A stretch of DNA of 64,000 bases from Amoebidium appalachense (GCA_963693365.1 CAVNZM010000001.1:502425-566424), one strand, 5' to 3'; positions 26,368 to 40,452 are shown, numbered from the stretch's first letter. Numbers and translations are program-made. The notes: generated by a model from the sequence alone, not told the origin.

Positions 26368-26619
26368 GGGGGGGGGGGGGGGGGGGGATGTTCTGTTTAT
26401 CATGCGACATGTATGTGAGTCGGCTACGCGGTTTGCTCGAGGCACCGGAGACCAGTCTCAGGCAGGGGGGTTTGCTTGGTATATCCCCTCAGTGTTTTAT
26501 CATGATTGATACATAGAACAGTGGTTTTTGTTATATATCCGGATTTTTTTTTTCTATGTAGCTCCATAGTCCCAGAACGAAAACTTGGTTGAGTCCTCCC
26601 CCCCCCCCCCCCCCCCCCC

Positions 26620-26662
26620 TTTTTTTTTTTTACGAGCACCCCTGGGACACTCGGTATCGGCT

Positions 26663-26710
<48 letters not shown>

Positions 26711-26789
26711 TGTGTTGTGCGTGTCGTGTGTGCGTGTGTGTGTGTGTGTGTGTGTTTGTGTGTGTGTGGTGTATGTGTGTGTGTGTGTG

Positions 26790-26865
<76 letters not shown>

Positions 26866-27720
26866 ACGCCCGCGTGTTAGAGCTTGGTCAGTTGTGGCTT
26901 TCTAAAGCCAATCAATACATCTAATAAACAGATCTTAGTCACGTGTGTTATATATTCAAGGATATTGTTATTGTTGGGCAAGTTATGTGTCTGGATGTCT
27001 GCCATGAACAGCTTCTGTCGTGTGTGTTCTGTGGTTTTTTTGTGGTCTATCAATTAGCTTCGGCTTTTTTTTATTTTATTTATTTTATCACGTTTTGTTC
27101 CCGGAGGGCCTTTTCAGGCCCTCTAGGGAAACTATCGTCTACCACAAAGCACCGACAGTACACTAGTTTAGGTGCTATCTATGAGTTCAGCTAAGCTAAA
27201 CCATCCTTCGTACGTACAACCTAACTATAAGTACACACTTTGCCCAGGGCTACATCATTTAGCTTCGGCAATATATGACCTTTTGAATTGGTGTGTGCCA
27301 AGATACTATGTTATTTGGGCATGCAAACCGCAGTTACGATGCAACCTTATACTTCTTAGATCTTCTACGGTATGGAACGTGTACAGTAATAGCGTGGTAC
27401 TACTAGAGGTCGATAATACCATCAGCTATAGAAAGACCAATTTTCAAGGAAGGCATTATGTATTAAGGTACATTTGCGAGTTTCATATTTGGCAATGTGA
27501 AGGCGATAATCACTATGGAAAAAAAAAAGGCGTGTGGCTTAGTGTTTCAAAGATGTCTTCTTGCATCTGGTCTAGTGTCATGTGGTATCTTTTCCCATAT
27601 GTTATAATGTGTGACTATATGGTGAGTCACATACAAGGCTAGGCCGAATATAAGATTACGTGGATTTCTGCCCTAGCAGGCTGGAATCTTAATACCCTTA
27701 GCCCAGCACAATCGTAAATT
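26620..27720 (-). mobile_element. Degenerate 3' fragment of the same LINE family as 3350-5182
   Basis: The minus strand has caatatccttga..ctgtttattagatgtattgattggctt matching 4973-5040, then (CA)n, CCAGCCGATACCGAGTGTCCCAGGGGTGCTCGT and poly(A). Confidence 0.85.
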
Positions 27721-27721
27721 G

Positions 27722-27765
<44 letters not shown>

Positions 27766-28041
27766 CCCCCCTCCCCCCTCCCCGCGCAGCGGCCAGCTGT
27801 GTTATATGTTCCACAGTTTCTGTTCAGAAATTCGCCGTGTGTGCATGGCCTGTGTGTACGTGTGAATTCTCACAGTGTGTACATGTGTTGTGGTTTGTGT
27901 GTCTTTGGCATGTGTGTTTGTGTGAGTCTTCAGTACTGGTACTACGTGTGTATATGTGTATCCCTGTGTGTGATGTCTATGTTTGTGTGTGTGTGTGTGT
28001 GTGTTTGTGGCGTGTGTGTACATGTGCGCCTACGTGCGCGT

Positions 28042-28092
<51 letters not shown>

Positions 28093-28190
28093 ACTTTGTG
28101 GGTATATGTGTGTGGTCGGTGTGTGAGTGAGTGTGCGAATTGTGAACGGTTGCACATGTGTGTGTGTGTGAGCGCCCTTGTGTGCGTGTG

Positions 28191-28261
<71 letters not shown>

Positions 28262-28269
28262 CCGGGCCC

Positions 28270-28300
<31 letters not shown>

Positions 28301-29140
28301 AGGGGGGGGGAAAGGGAGGGGGGAGGGAGGGAGGGGGGAGGTCGTGTGCATCTACTCGTATCCGGTGCCTGTTCTTTCAAACACTGCTAGTTCGACACGT
28401 ACAAGCCAAAAACTGGCGAACAGAAACTTGCATATTAATCTGCTTGCAAAAATCAAAAACAAAACAAGACAACAGCAAAAAAGCAAAATCTTTGAAAGCC
28501 ATTATAAAGCCCTAGTGTCTTGAATCTTTTCCAAACAACCAAACAAGGCAAGTGTATATCAATATTGTGTACGGCTTTCATTTCTACAAGGAAGATTTTC
28601 GAAAATTCCACATACTGCATGCAAGTATGTGATCATGAGGGATTGTCCGGCTCACACTCTGGCCCGTGCATACCCGGCAAAGCAAAAATATCACGCAGTG
28701 GTGACTTAAGCATTTCTCCCCCCCCCCCCCCCCCCCCCCCCTCCCCTCTAGATCTCCACCCCGTACTGGGCCCTACCGTGTCCGCCCCCCCCCCCCTCCC
28801 TCTCTCCCCCTCCTCCCCCCCCCCCCCCACACACACACACACAAACTATATGGACCCACAGCAATTGCACCCCAGAAAAAGGCCCCAGGATTTCAGGGGT
28901 AGAAGATTTTGGTGGTGGTACCGGTGGTGGGGGGAGAGGAGGAGGAGGAGGAGGAAGGGGGGGGGGGGGGGGGGGGGGGGGGCACGGGTCGGGAGGAGAG
29001 AGGGCAAGGGGAGTGTGTAACCAACAATGTTCTTCTACTTCCCTACAGAAATCGTCCATGTTTCAAATATTTAAAATCACCATGTTACAGGTTCCTATCT
29101 TCAAGGGTCGTGATTGGTGGAGAGGGGGCTGTAGAACACT

Positions 29141-29180
<40 letters not shown>

Positions 29181-29754
29181 TTTTGTATAACTAAGTCGGA
29201 ATACTACCAGAGTGCACAGAGTGGTGTGACGGAACACGACCTAGAGAGAACACACTTGCAACCGGAGTCGTAAACAATTCTAAGCAACAAGACGACTGAT
29301 GTATTTTCGGCTCAACATCAGAATTTAAACACAGGTCAAATCTGATGTTCGGGAACGGGCCGGAACCAATCAAATACAACTTGGGATCTATCGACTGATC
29401 TGCCGCATCTAGATGGAAGTCCGTTCCCCGGGGGGGGGGGGTGCGGCATGCCAGGAGCTACTACTAGAGAGAAGGGGGGGGTATGATTGGAGGGGGGGTG
29501 TTCAGCTAACCTTATATGGATAAAGCAAAGTTACAAGGATTCAAGCCATTGGTTGGGCAAGACCCCTTTTGCCGAATATGGATAACAGATCATACATTGC
29601 TGTAGGCGGCGGTCAGGAATTGGCGCGCTCTTTACTGGTCACAACCAGTCCGGGAAGGCCATGAGCAGCATTGCCGAGCACACTGGAATACGGGAATGTT
29701 TGCGGTAACGTAGTCGCACTAGGGGGGCAGGGGGCCAGGCCCCAAGTGTTTAAA

Positions 29755-31151
29755 ATGAAGCCAGGCTGCCCTAAGGGCACAACACAGCGCCCTGGGCATA
29801 AAACAGGCGGAGCTAGGGAGGGAGCTGGGCGCAAAAAAAAAGATGCTGCATTTGTTTAGCCTTTAGCGAACTTTGCAGGTTTTGGGACGGCAAACAAAGC
29901 TGTTTTGCAGGAACTAAACGTAAACGTACAACCCGAACAGCCCCCTCTATCTAAGGCCGCCGACATAAGGGCCCGTGTAGTTGAGGCAGGTAGCGTCCAT
30001 TCGTTACCAAGAGAAATGGATCGGGCCCCTGCTCCACACCCACCAGACATACAGGTGCAACCCGACGAGGAACCTTTGCTAAATGCAGCAGCAGATGCGT
30101 ACCGGGTAGACGAGGATGAAGGGGAGGAAGAGGGAGAAGATAATACGGACGGGGATGACGGTGGAGAGGAGTTTTCTGACGCGGCGGGCGAAACAATCAA
30201 GTCGCACCTGCACACAGTGAAAGAGAGTCTCAAAGATGAGAAGACGCCTGTGGGGTGGCATCTTCCACCTCCCATTATAGGCTTTAAATTTGGGGGCGAT
30301 CCAGCGCCTTTCTACAAACCCAGATGTTTTGCCTGGCTTCCGGAAAGGTTGTCTCCCGGTTTCATGGTGCCGTGCCCCTTCGATGATCACTACGTGGACC
30401 CCCACAACCACCCCAACCCACACCGTACTTCTCGCAATGGGTTCATGAGCAACCCCGTAGGACGGCGTGTTATCGACTTTGACAGCTGCTACTACATTAT
30501 CACGGCCCGGTACTTTTGTGACACATGCAAAAAACACTTTGCCGGCACAAACCCCCAGACAATTAAACGCCTTCCACTCTTCATGCGTGATCAGTTTCCG
30601 GCCTACCTTAGCCACCGCAGTGGGCTCGACCTAAAGGTGGTAACATTGTTGCGTGCACTGGCAGACAAAGGTGTGGGCCCAAACGCCTTTGCCACCCTCC
30701 TCTCGGAGCTCCACAAGCAGCGATACGACGAGCAGCGGCTCCTGTATTACTCGAGGGCGCTGCATTGGACCAAGTATGAACTCAAAAAGCGTAACGATTT
30801 CCGCCCCCACGACCAGCGCCTGACAGAACTTCCCCCAGAGGAGCAGGCGGCTAAGTTCTCGGCGTTTGGTGACAAAAATGGTTACGCTGGACATGTGCCT
30901 TCAGGCAAGTGTGCACTGCATTTTGGGTGTGTAAATGGTCCCCATTGTTTTGTATGCACGTGCTTGGGCATTTTTTGGGTTGGCTTGGTAGGGTTTTGTT
31001 TTATTATTTTTTATTTTTTTTTTAGGGGGGGGGGGGGACTTGGAAATGGGTTTTGGAAGTGTGGTCAATAAGTTTCTATTATGGTGGTGGTGGATGTGTG
31101 GTGGTGGATGTGCGCCTGTGAGTGTGCGTGTACTTGTGGGTCCGTGTGTGT

Positions 31152-31182
<31 letters not shown>

Positions 31183-31438
31183 GGGGGGGGGGAGGGGGGA
31201 CATGGTGATGGATTAGGTGGTGGTGGTGGCAATCAGTCATGGTGGTGGTGGTGGTGGTGGTGGTGGTGGGGGGGGGGGGGGGGGGGGGGGGAGGGCAGAG
31301 GGATCATCAGAGGGGTGAAAGCATAACGGTCCATGTACCAGTGAGTGTGCTTGGGAAATCGTGGAGAACTGTTATGCCTGAAATTAGATGGTGGGTGTGC
31401 GCATGTGTGTCTGTGTGTGTTGGGGGAAAGGAGGTGGA

Positions 31439-31476
<38 letters not shown>

Positions 31477-31660
31477 GGGCACATGGTGGTAGACTGGATC
31501 TTGGTGGCGGTACTTAATGGTTATTATAGTAGTGGCAGGAGGGTGTGGGGGGAAGGGCAAACGGACGTGCAGGGGACAAACTGCAGATGGGGCACAAAGG
31601 GGAAAGAAGGTGAAAGTTGGTGCAATGACTTGGAGGGTTTGCGCGCGCCGGGAGGCGGGG

Positions 31661-31694
<34 letters not shown>

Positions 31695-32389
31695 AACGGC
31701 CGGAGATGGGTGTGTAGCGTTTTTGAGATGGGAAAAGCCATACAGACTTACGAAAATACAGAGAGGTGAGATGAACACGAGGGACTAGAGGGAATGGGGG
31801 GGATGGTCCTGATGGGAGGGTGGTGGAGTTCTAACAGTACTTGGGGTTCAGGCAAATACCTGAGTGCCGTGTATACTGAGTTCAGCGACCGCACGGCAAA
31901 GTACCAGAGCCTGGACACGCAGCTCAAGCCCGTAAACAACGTGCTCAAGGCCGACCACACCTTCCAAATTGGGAAGCTCACCGGCATCAATGGGGAGCCT
32001 CTGTACCGGGGCCTATGGACTTGTGTAAACGAGCTTGGCGGTGTGTGGTCCCTCCTCTTCTCCCCCCTCCCCCCACTCTCCCCCAGGCCCCCTTCCCCCC
32101 TCCCCCCCCCCCCACACACGCCCCCACCCCCCCCCCCCCACACACACACACACACACACGCCCCCCCTCCCCCCCCCTCCCCCCCCCTCCCCCTCTAGGG
32201 CCTTTAAATCTCTTAGGCTCCACATTTAATGAGGTGGCACACTGTGAGTAGAGGTTTGTAGTATGTGGGTTTTGGGGACAATTCTTGCCCTGTCGAGCAA
32301 AAACTAGGAAGCTCCAGATATGTGTGTATGTGTTTTTGCTGGGTAGAGATTGGGGTGGGCTGGGGTGGAGCTTTCTTTTGGCGGGGAAT

Positions 32390-32439
<50 letters not shown>

Positions 32440-35138
32440 AGCTTCTGCCAAGCAGAATGGGAGTAGGGGCCAGTGATTGCAAGGGATGCAGGGGGGGGGG
32501 GGGGGGGGGGGGGAGAGACACCACCGTCGGGGTTGAAGGTAGAGAGGGCAAGAGGCCCGGGGTGGGGTGGGGGGGGGGGGGGGGGGGGGGGGGGACAGTA
32601 GGTGCCATATGGAGGGCTGTCCCATGGTTTGGGGGGAGGGGGAGTGGGGAAGGATCGTGGGCACATGGGTTTGGGGGGAAGGCAGAGAGGGGGAAAGGAT
32701 TGTGATCACAAGGGTTTAGGGGGAGGAAGGGGGAAGGATTGTAGGTACATGGGTTTAGGGGGGGAGGGGGGGGGGGGAAGATTTTGGGGGAAAGGGAGGC
32801 CTGGGGAAAGTATGTGGGCACATGGGTTTGGGGGGAAGGAGGGGGAAGGGTTTTGGGGGAGAGGGAGGGGAAAGTATGTGGGCACATGGGTTTGGGGGGA
32901 GGGAGGGGGAAAGGATTGTGTGGGCACTGAAGTCTCGTGAAGGGCCATGTGGTAAGGGAAGCTAGAACATGCATGGCTGCTCGGAGATGCCCTCTCACAC
33001 AGTGCGGCACCCCAGAGATCCGGGCGCAGGTATTTACACGGGACTGCAGCCACCAGGAGATTGAGCCCGTGATCCAGCGCATCTCTGCCACCACGGCGGC
33101 GCTCAACAGCAAGGGCCCGGCCTTCTTCTACACAGATCGGTGCTGCCAAGACCGGGCGTTTGTTGAGCGCATGTTTCCAACCCTAGCCCGGCCAAAATGC
33201 CCCGTCCGTCTGAACGAGGCTGCGCTGGTAAGCGTGACGGACGGTCTGCCTGGGCTGGAGCTGCCGGCCAACTACCCTAAGCCGGTGTACACCGACTGCC
33301 AGGGGGCGGTGGTGGCTACAGCGGCCATTCGTGCCGACCTGGAGGGGCAGCAGCACCGCGTGGTGGGGCTGGACTGCGAGTGGGTCTATCGGGTGGGCCA
33401 GGCGCGGTCCAAGGTTTGCACGCTGCAGATTGCCACCGCACGGGCCGTGTACATCTTCCACTTGGCACGCATGGGCCCCAACCACAGCCCGCCCGCGCGG
33501 CTGGTGGACGAGCTGATTGCGCTGCTTAGGGACCCCAGCATCATCAAGGTGGGCAAGCAGATCGGCACGGACTCGGCCCACCTCAACAAGGACTACGGCA
33601 CCCCTGTGGCCAGCTATCTGGAGCTGGGCCGGTTCTGCTATGCCCGTGCAGCTATCACCTCTGCGGCCCGGGGCTTGGCCGACATCACTGCCCAGGTCAT
33701 AGGCAAGAAGCTGCCCAAGCCGGCACTTGTTCGATGCTCCAACTGGCACGAGCCGCTATCAGAGGTGCAGGCCACCTACGCTGCCCTTGATGCATATGCG
33801 TCCCTGCAGGTCTACTCGGCCGTGGTCGATAGGCCAAACCTGTCAGGTGTGTATCCCACCTGCTTTTTGCCCCAGTGCTTATGTGCTTATGCCAGATATA
33901 GAAAGATTGTGGGCCCCCCAGAGGAGAGGGGGAGGGGGGGAGGGGGAGGGGGGGGGGGGGGGGGGGGGGGGGTGGCTGACCACATGGGCCAGTGTTCCAG
34001 TTGTGTTATGCTGGGTGTCGGGTGGCTATCAAAGGAGGGGGTGATTGGTGGTGGTGGTGGTGGTGGGGGGGGGGGGGGGGGGGGGGGGGGGGCTATAGCA
34101 CTGTTAACACGTGCAAGTGCCACACAAGCTGGGCACTGGGAGAGGGGGGGGGGGGGAGGGAGAAGGGGGGGGGGGGGGGGGGGGGAAGGGGGTTGCTAAG
34201 GAATATGCATTTGATTTTTGTGGAGCGAAGAGAAAAACGTTGGTGCTGTGGCTTTTTGGCTGAGTTTTTTGCTTCCCTCTATGACATGCAGCGCGGCTTC
34301 ATGCAAAGGCACTCGGTGAAGGGGTTGAGATTGTGCCCCGGCGGGGCCCACATGCTGCAGCAGCCACCGGGGTGGTGCTGGCTGTGCAGCCGGAGCGCTG
34401 GGGGGGCATGAAGGTGGGCAAGAAGCATGCAGTGGTGCGGGTGGATCAGGTGCTGTCGCCGGCCATGCAGGTGCCCTTTGGCCCCGACAAGGGCAAGACC
34501 CTGGGAGAGCTGGGCCCGCCGCCCTTTGAGCTGATGGTGCACCTGCAGTGGCTACGGCCCATTCAGCCCCCACCGGACCCAGGTGCCGAGGTGCCGGTGG
34601 TCCCTGACCCAGCCCCTCCCCCTGCCAGTCCTCCCCCTGCCGAGCAGCAGCAACCCCTTGCCGGCCCACAGGCACCCCCCCAGGACCCCCAGGCAGCCCC
34701 GGGGGGCCTTGAGGCAGCCCCAGGGGGACCCGAGGCAGCTCCCAGAGAGGGCATGTTGGGCCAGGCACCGCCTGGGGAGGTGGTGTGGCAGACTGTGCTG
34801 AATGACGCCTTCCACTCCATTGCAAACACGGCGGACGGCACGTACAAGTCACACCCCCGCAGGGCTGAGTACGCACGCGCACTCAGCGAGGCAATATTTG
34901 TGTGGAATGAAGAGGATTACGGACATGTGAAGGTGCCCCCCCCCCCCCCCCCCCCCCCCCAAAATAAAAAATAAAAAATAAAAATAAAAAAAACGGCAAC
35001 AACAACATGCGTGACTGACGCGCACACACACATACACTCGTTAGCACACACTCACCATTCCACCCACAACCATGCACACCTTCGACAAAACTTCTGAGGG
35101 AAGAGAGAGAGCCTGAGCCTCAGAGAGAGGGGGGGGAA

Positions 35139-35179
<41 letters not shown>

Positions 35180-35727
35180 GGGGGGAGGAGAGTGGGGGTT
35201 ATTCATATGCCTAGAGAGAAATAATGTAGGGTTGTGGGGGGAAATAGCCACATGCATTTTTTACTTGTGTTGGGGGAGAAGATGGGGGGGGTGGAGGGGA
35301 GGGGTCCTACAATAACGGCAGGTATCAAAGTCTACCAAACCCAAATTGCAGTGTGCGTAGTAAATTAATATTGGCATCCTGCCTCACAGGGGGTGCTGGA
35401 GCAGAAGGGCATCGACATTGAAACCGAGCTCAAGGGCGGCGACCTGAGCTACTTCATGGAGCGCATCCGGCGGGTTATTCCCGACCCATACACGCTGGTC
35501 TCGCGGCTGGTGGAGTTCAAAAACACCTACAAGGATGTGCCGCCCGGACCGGATGGCAAGCCTCTGTTCAAGAAGGATGGCTTTGAAAGACTCGAGGCAA
35601 CATCCCCCCCCCCCCCCCCCCCCCCCCCCTCCCCCTGCAGGCGCCCAACAACTCCACCACCACAGAAAAGATTCTTCGCTTATTTGTCATCCTTGGTTCA
35701 TCTGCACACACACGCACACCCTAGCCT

Positions 35728-35758
<31 letters not shown>

Positions 35759-35762
35759 ACAT

Positions 35763-35834
<72 letters not shown>

Positions 35835-35916
35835 CCCGCACGGCCCTTGCTGCCTAGCCAGTTGTTTTTTGCCTTTCCCTGCTCGTTTTTTTCCTTAGCA
35901 ACCCCATCCCCCCCCC

Positions 35917-35965
<49 letters not shown>

Positions 35966-37614
35966 CCACCACCACCACCCACCCATCTCTCTGATGTTTG
36001 CTTGTGCCCCCACAGTCGCTGCTCGAACACGCCCAAAATGGCTGTCTGTCGGACCCCCCCGGCCTGCCCCTCTACTACGAGACCACTGCCGACGCAGATG
36101 GGCTCATGCGCTACCGCTGCATCCGGGGCACCAACGAGGTGGAGGGGGCAGTGCACAACCCCCTGGCCACCCACTTTGGGGCCACACGCATGTCGCTGCG
36201 CCTGCTGGACGCCACCATGTCCAATAGGCGCCACCGCCACAACCTGCGTGCACACTACCGCAACCGCCTGGGCCAGGCATCGGGGCCCCCCCACTACAGC
36301 CCCTGGATTGTTGACGACATGGAGGCACTGGCGCTGATGCTGTACGGCCATCACCTCGACCCCCAGTGGGTACCCGTAGGCTGCTACAAGCTACCGGAGG
36401 AGTACTTCAACTTTGCCCCGCTCTCCTGTGTGGCCAATGCCCCGGCGCAGGAGCCAGTTGCGGTGCCCGCACCCCCACCTCCGTCTGATAACATCGAGCC
36501 TGCAGCCAATGGCGTGATGGGCGGGCCAGAGGACTGTGAGGTCGAGGAGGGTGACGGTGCTGCCATGGGGGGGGGCAACCAGGTGGCGCGTGGTGCACCA
36601 CAGCCGGACCCTGCACTGAGGGGCGACTACAAGTTCCTGGCGCAGAAGCAACATGTGGCCATCCCCTTCCTTCCGGTGCTTACCCCTCAGGAGCGCAAGC
36701 TATTCAGCACGCTGCTCCTGGGCACCTACAAGGCACATGCAAAGCCCAACGGCCAGCTGTTCGAGGCTTTGGCCCAAGACTTCAACAAGGCTGCCTCTGT
36801 GGCTGGGGGAATCTACATGAAGGATGCGGCCTACATCAAGAAGCATTTCGACAAGTGGAAGACCTGGCAGACGGCACATGCACAGCGCTCCACACACGAG
36901 GGCCTGGCAGATCACCGCAAGCGTATGCGCGAGGAGAGGGCAGACGCTGTGCCAGCAACCATACGGCCTGCCCCCCTGCCACCCCTCCCTGTTCCAGACG
37001 GTGTCGATGCAGGGGCGCAGCGTGAGCGGCCCTTGCCCATGCTAGTGGGCAAAAAGCATCGCAACATTGGCCCTGAGGGGCCCCTGCAGATGGATTTGCC
37101 GGTGCCCCCTCCTATGCAGCCACCCCAGAGAGCCCCCAAGACCTGCAAGACGTGTGGCCGCCAGGGCAAGGGCTGCCCCGGCTCCAATCGGGCCAAGAGC
37201 TGCCCACGTTGGGTTGCAGCCAATCAGGATGCCATGCCACCAGCACCCGCGCTTGACATGCAGCAGGGCCATGTGCCGCACATGCCCCCTGCACCCCATC
37301 CAGGCCCGCACCACCCACATGGCTGGCCCCCACCGTGGGGCATCATGCCGCCTCAGCCCGGCCCTGCCTTCCCCATGCCTGGGCTACTGCCGCAGCACGG
37401 TCCCCATCCTTACTTGGGCCATGTGGGCCAGCCCTCGGCTGGTGGGCAGTTCCCACCCCCTTCTCGTGCATCTGCTGTGCTGGGCCTGGCGTTGCCACCT
37501 GCTGGAGAGACGCAGCTGCAATGGCACGATCGAAAGCAAAGTAATCGTGGCCGCAAGTCTGCAGGCAGCCAATCAGGATCTCAGAGTAGTCAGAGTAGCC
37601 AAACTAGTGTCTAA
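29755..37614 (+). pseudogene. Mutator-like DDE transposase with inserted DEDDy 3'-5' exonuclease; exons 29755-30904, 31852-32040, 33016-33846, 34292-34932, 35390-35596, 36016-37614; one in-frame TAG at 29857
   Basis: The splices join in frame. Motifs: GGAREGAGRK, CPF..CDTC, KADHTF (D1), FYTDRCC (D2), VGLDCEW/LQIAT/KVGKQIGTD/SNW/YAALDA (WRN-like exonuclease), LNDAFH (DxxH), RGTNEVEG (E) and a C-terminal CKTC..C..C. Confidence 0.8.
32600..32930. repeat. G-rich minisatellite (~35-40 bp unit) in transposase intron 2
   Basis: Repeated gggcacatgggttt(g)n..ggaaaggattgt units, roughly 8 degenerate copies. Confidence 0.7.
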
Positions 37615-37701
37615 TATTGGAATGTACACCAATGTAACGGATCTCATATGTGTTGTAGTGCTTCAAGTTATACCTGTTCTTCGTACAGTCATGTTAGGGG
37701 G

Positions 37702-37737
<36 letters not shown>

Positions 37738-38063
37738 CTAGCTTTCATTCCGAAGTTTACTGTAAAGAATTAAAATTTAGAATCTGAGTAATAGTACAGA
37801 GCCTTTGCACTTTTCTCTGTTTGTTAGGAATTCTTTGTGATCGAGAGTATGGTGTGTTAGACTATTGGTGTTAATGTGTCCTGGAAGGTGTATAATGTCT
37901 GCTGGCCGTAGTCAGTATTTATTTTTAGGTATATAGTATATTTTTAAATGTTGGCCGCTGGCCAATAAATAGCAAATAATAAACACACGATAAAGTCAAC
38001 AGCGTGCCAAAAAACTAATCCCCAGCGAGCGCACCCAGTGATGTGTGTGTGTGTGTGTGTGTC

Positions 38064-38125
<62 letters not shown>

Positions 38126-39190
38126 CGCGCGTGCGTGCGTGTGTGTGTGTGTGTGCGTGCGCGCGCGCGCGTGCGTGCGTGTGTGTGTGTGTGTGCGTGC
38201 GTGCGTGCGTGTGTGCGTGTGTGCGTGTGTGCGTGTGTGCGTGTGTGTGTGAGTGTGTGTGTGTGTGTGTGTATGTGTGGTGTGGTGTGTGCGCGGCTTG
38301 TACATATGTACGTGTTCATGTGCACCTGTGTCGGACCTACGAAGTACATGAAAGTAAATTTTGACAGCATCGATCTGCCGGTGTGTATGTGTATGTGTGC
38401 CAGTGCAGCAGGTGTGCCTTGTAACTGATAGCTTCGCATTTTACGTGTGTGTATATATAGTAGTACGCATAGACACTTGCTGATCATTCGGATCGACATT
38501 AATATTTAATCTGTCGGTCCTCGGTTTTTTGAGTGAATGATGATCAAGTGTAAGAGCATTCACTTGGCAAGTATTAATGTTGCAGAGGCTAGCTGCAGCT
38601 GCAAGCGTCGGATGCACACTGACAATTGTCTTTTCAGCGAGTCTAACCTGCAGGCAGCAGCTGCACACATATAGGGTTGTTATCTTGCGGCACATGCACG
38701 GTGATCATTTCAGAGTAATAGAGTTCAGAGCAATGAAAATAATGAAAATAACTAAACTTTGTGACTACTTTAAAGTTGCTGAGATCATACGTGGTGCAAG
38801 CTGCACTATGAACACATGTATAGTGCTAGTAATTAATACATTTTTGTTGCCTTCTGCAGGGTTATCGTAGCTACGTCACGGCCTGCACTCAGGGGGGGGG
38901 AGGGGGGGGGGGGGAGGGGGGATGATTCGAAGGGGGTATAAATAAGAACATGCACCTAAAGGTCTTTCCCGTGGATCCTCCCCCCCCTCCCCCCCCCCAC
39001 CTCTCCCTCCCCCGGGGCCCCATACTATGATATCTAGGCCCAATATTATATGCCCCCTTCCCCCCCCCCCCCCCCCCTCCTCCTCTCCGGATCCCCGGAC
39101 CCCACTTCCCTACCCGGAGGCTCAAGAGCTCCCCCTTCCCCTTCCCCCCCCCCCTCCCCCCCCCCCCCAAGGCTTACGGGGGCCCTTCTT

Positions 39191-39230
<40 letters not shown>

Positions 39231-39480
39231 GGGGGTGGGGGGGAGGGAAGTGGAAGGCGGGGGTGGATGCATGTCAGCCTAGGTGAATTCAATTGTTTAA
39301 CTCCAGTGTGCAGGACTGGTCTAAAGGCTTAAGAAAACAACGAGGAAATGGGGTCCAGTGGAGGTGGTGGTGGTGTTCTGTGTGTGTGTGTACACGTGCA
39401 CGTATGTGTGTGGTTTTTTTAAGGGGTGAGTGGTGGTGGTGGTGGTGGTGGTGGTCACCGTGGTGGTGGTGTGTGTGTCT

Positions 39481-39553
<73 letters not shown>

Positions 39554-40452
39554 TAGAAAGAAAAACTGCTCGTGGGTCACTGTTTTTCGTCACTGTATTT
39601 GTAACGGGCCGCTCATATTTATATAACTACTTTAATTTAAGTACACGTGTTCATTATCATATACGATGGCCAAATATAGAAATTTTGGCGTCGAAGTTCT
39701 TGGAGCTAAAAAAACGTTTAAAAGGGGGAAATAATAGCTTGGCCCCAAATTTACCTTGCCGTTTTTAGCGAATGTATTTTTTATTCATGAGTTCTAGTGA
39801 TTCAGTGAGTGCACGTGCCTGCCTCAGGCTGATCATGACAACTGCAACACACCATTCCTACATGGATATCAACCAAAAGAAAATAGTATATACTGTGGTG
39901 GTCTCCTAAACCTTGTGCGGCATGCGCATACATGATATTACAGTGACGCATGTGCATATTATTGTTCTGTACACCGGAGTGTGCCGGTGCACGTGGCTGT
40001 TTTGTGCACATGTTACAATAGCAGCACGATCTCCCTAAACTCCATGTTTACACATCCCTCACCCTGGCTCTGCCTTGTCGGTGCTCCAAAACACACATAC
40101 AAATCCCCCTAGACTCAGTGCCTGCACATGGTCGCATTCACGTGCAGGTCACGTGACACATGCGATGCCATACTGCCGTCTACAGCAACAACCACGGCAG
40201 CATGTATACCGGCCCAGCACGAAATATACTTATCGGCAGCCCACTGAACTCGCCCATTTTCTCTTTTTCATGTATGTCCCTCCTTTTTTGTAAAATCACC
40301 CTTTTTGGCCTCCCGGTAGTGGATTTTGCAGGATTTGACTTCTTTGAGGTCCAAAAACCTCAAATTTTCCCCGGCGGGGCCGGGGAGGGAGAATTCAAAA
40401 ATTGCCCGCTCCTGATATGGTACCCGGGCCGCTGCGCTACAGTACTCTGTTG

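Larger units (their letters stand above)
27784..40437 (+). mobile_element. Putative ~12.6-kb DNA transposon carrying the exonuclease-containing transposase; candidate 11-bp TIRs
   Basis: GCGCAGCGGCC at 27784-27794 and its reverse complement at 40427-40437 bracket the transposase gene. No TSD is visible because the left flank is a poly-C tract. Confidence 0.45.
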
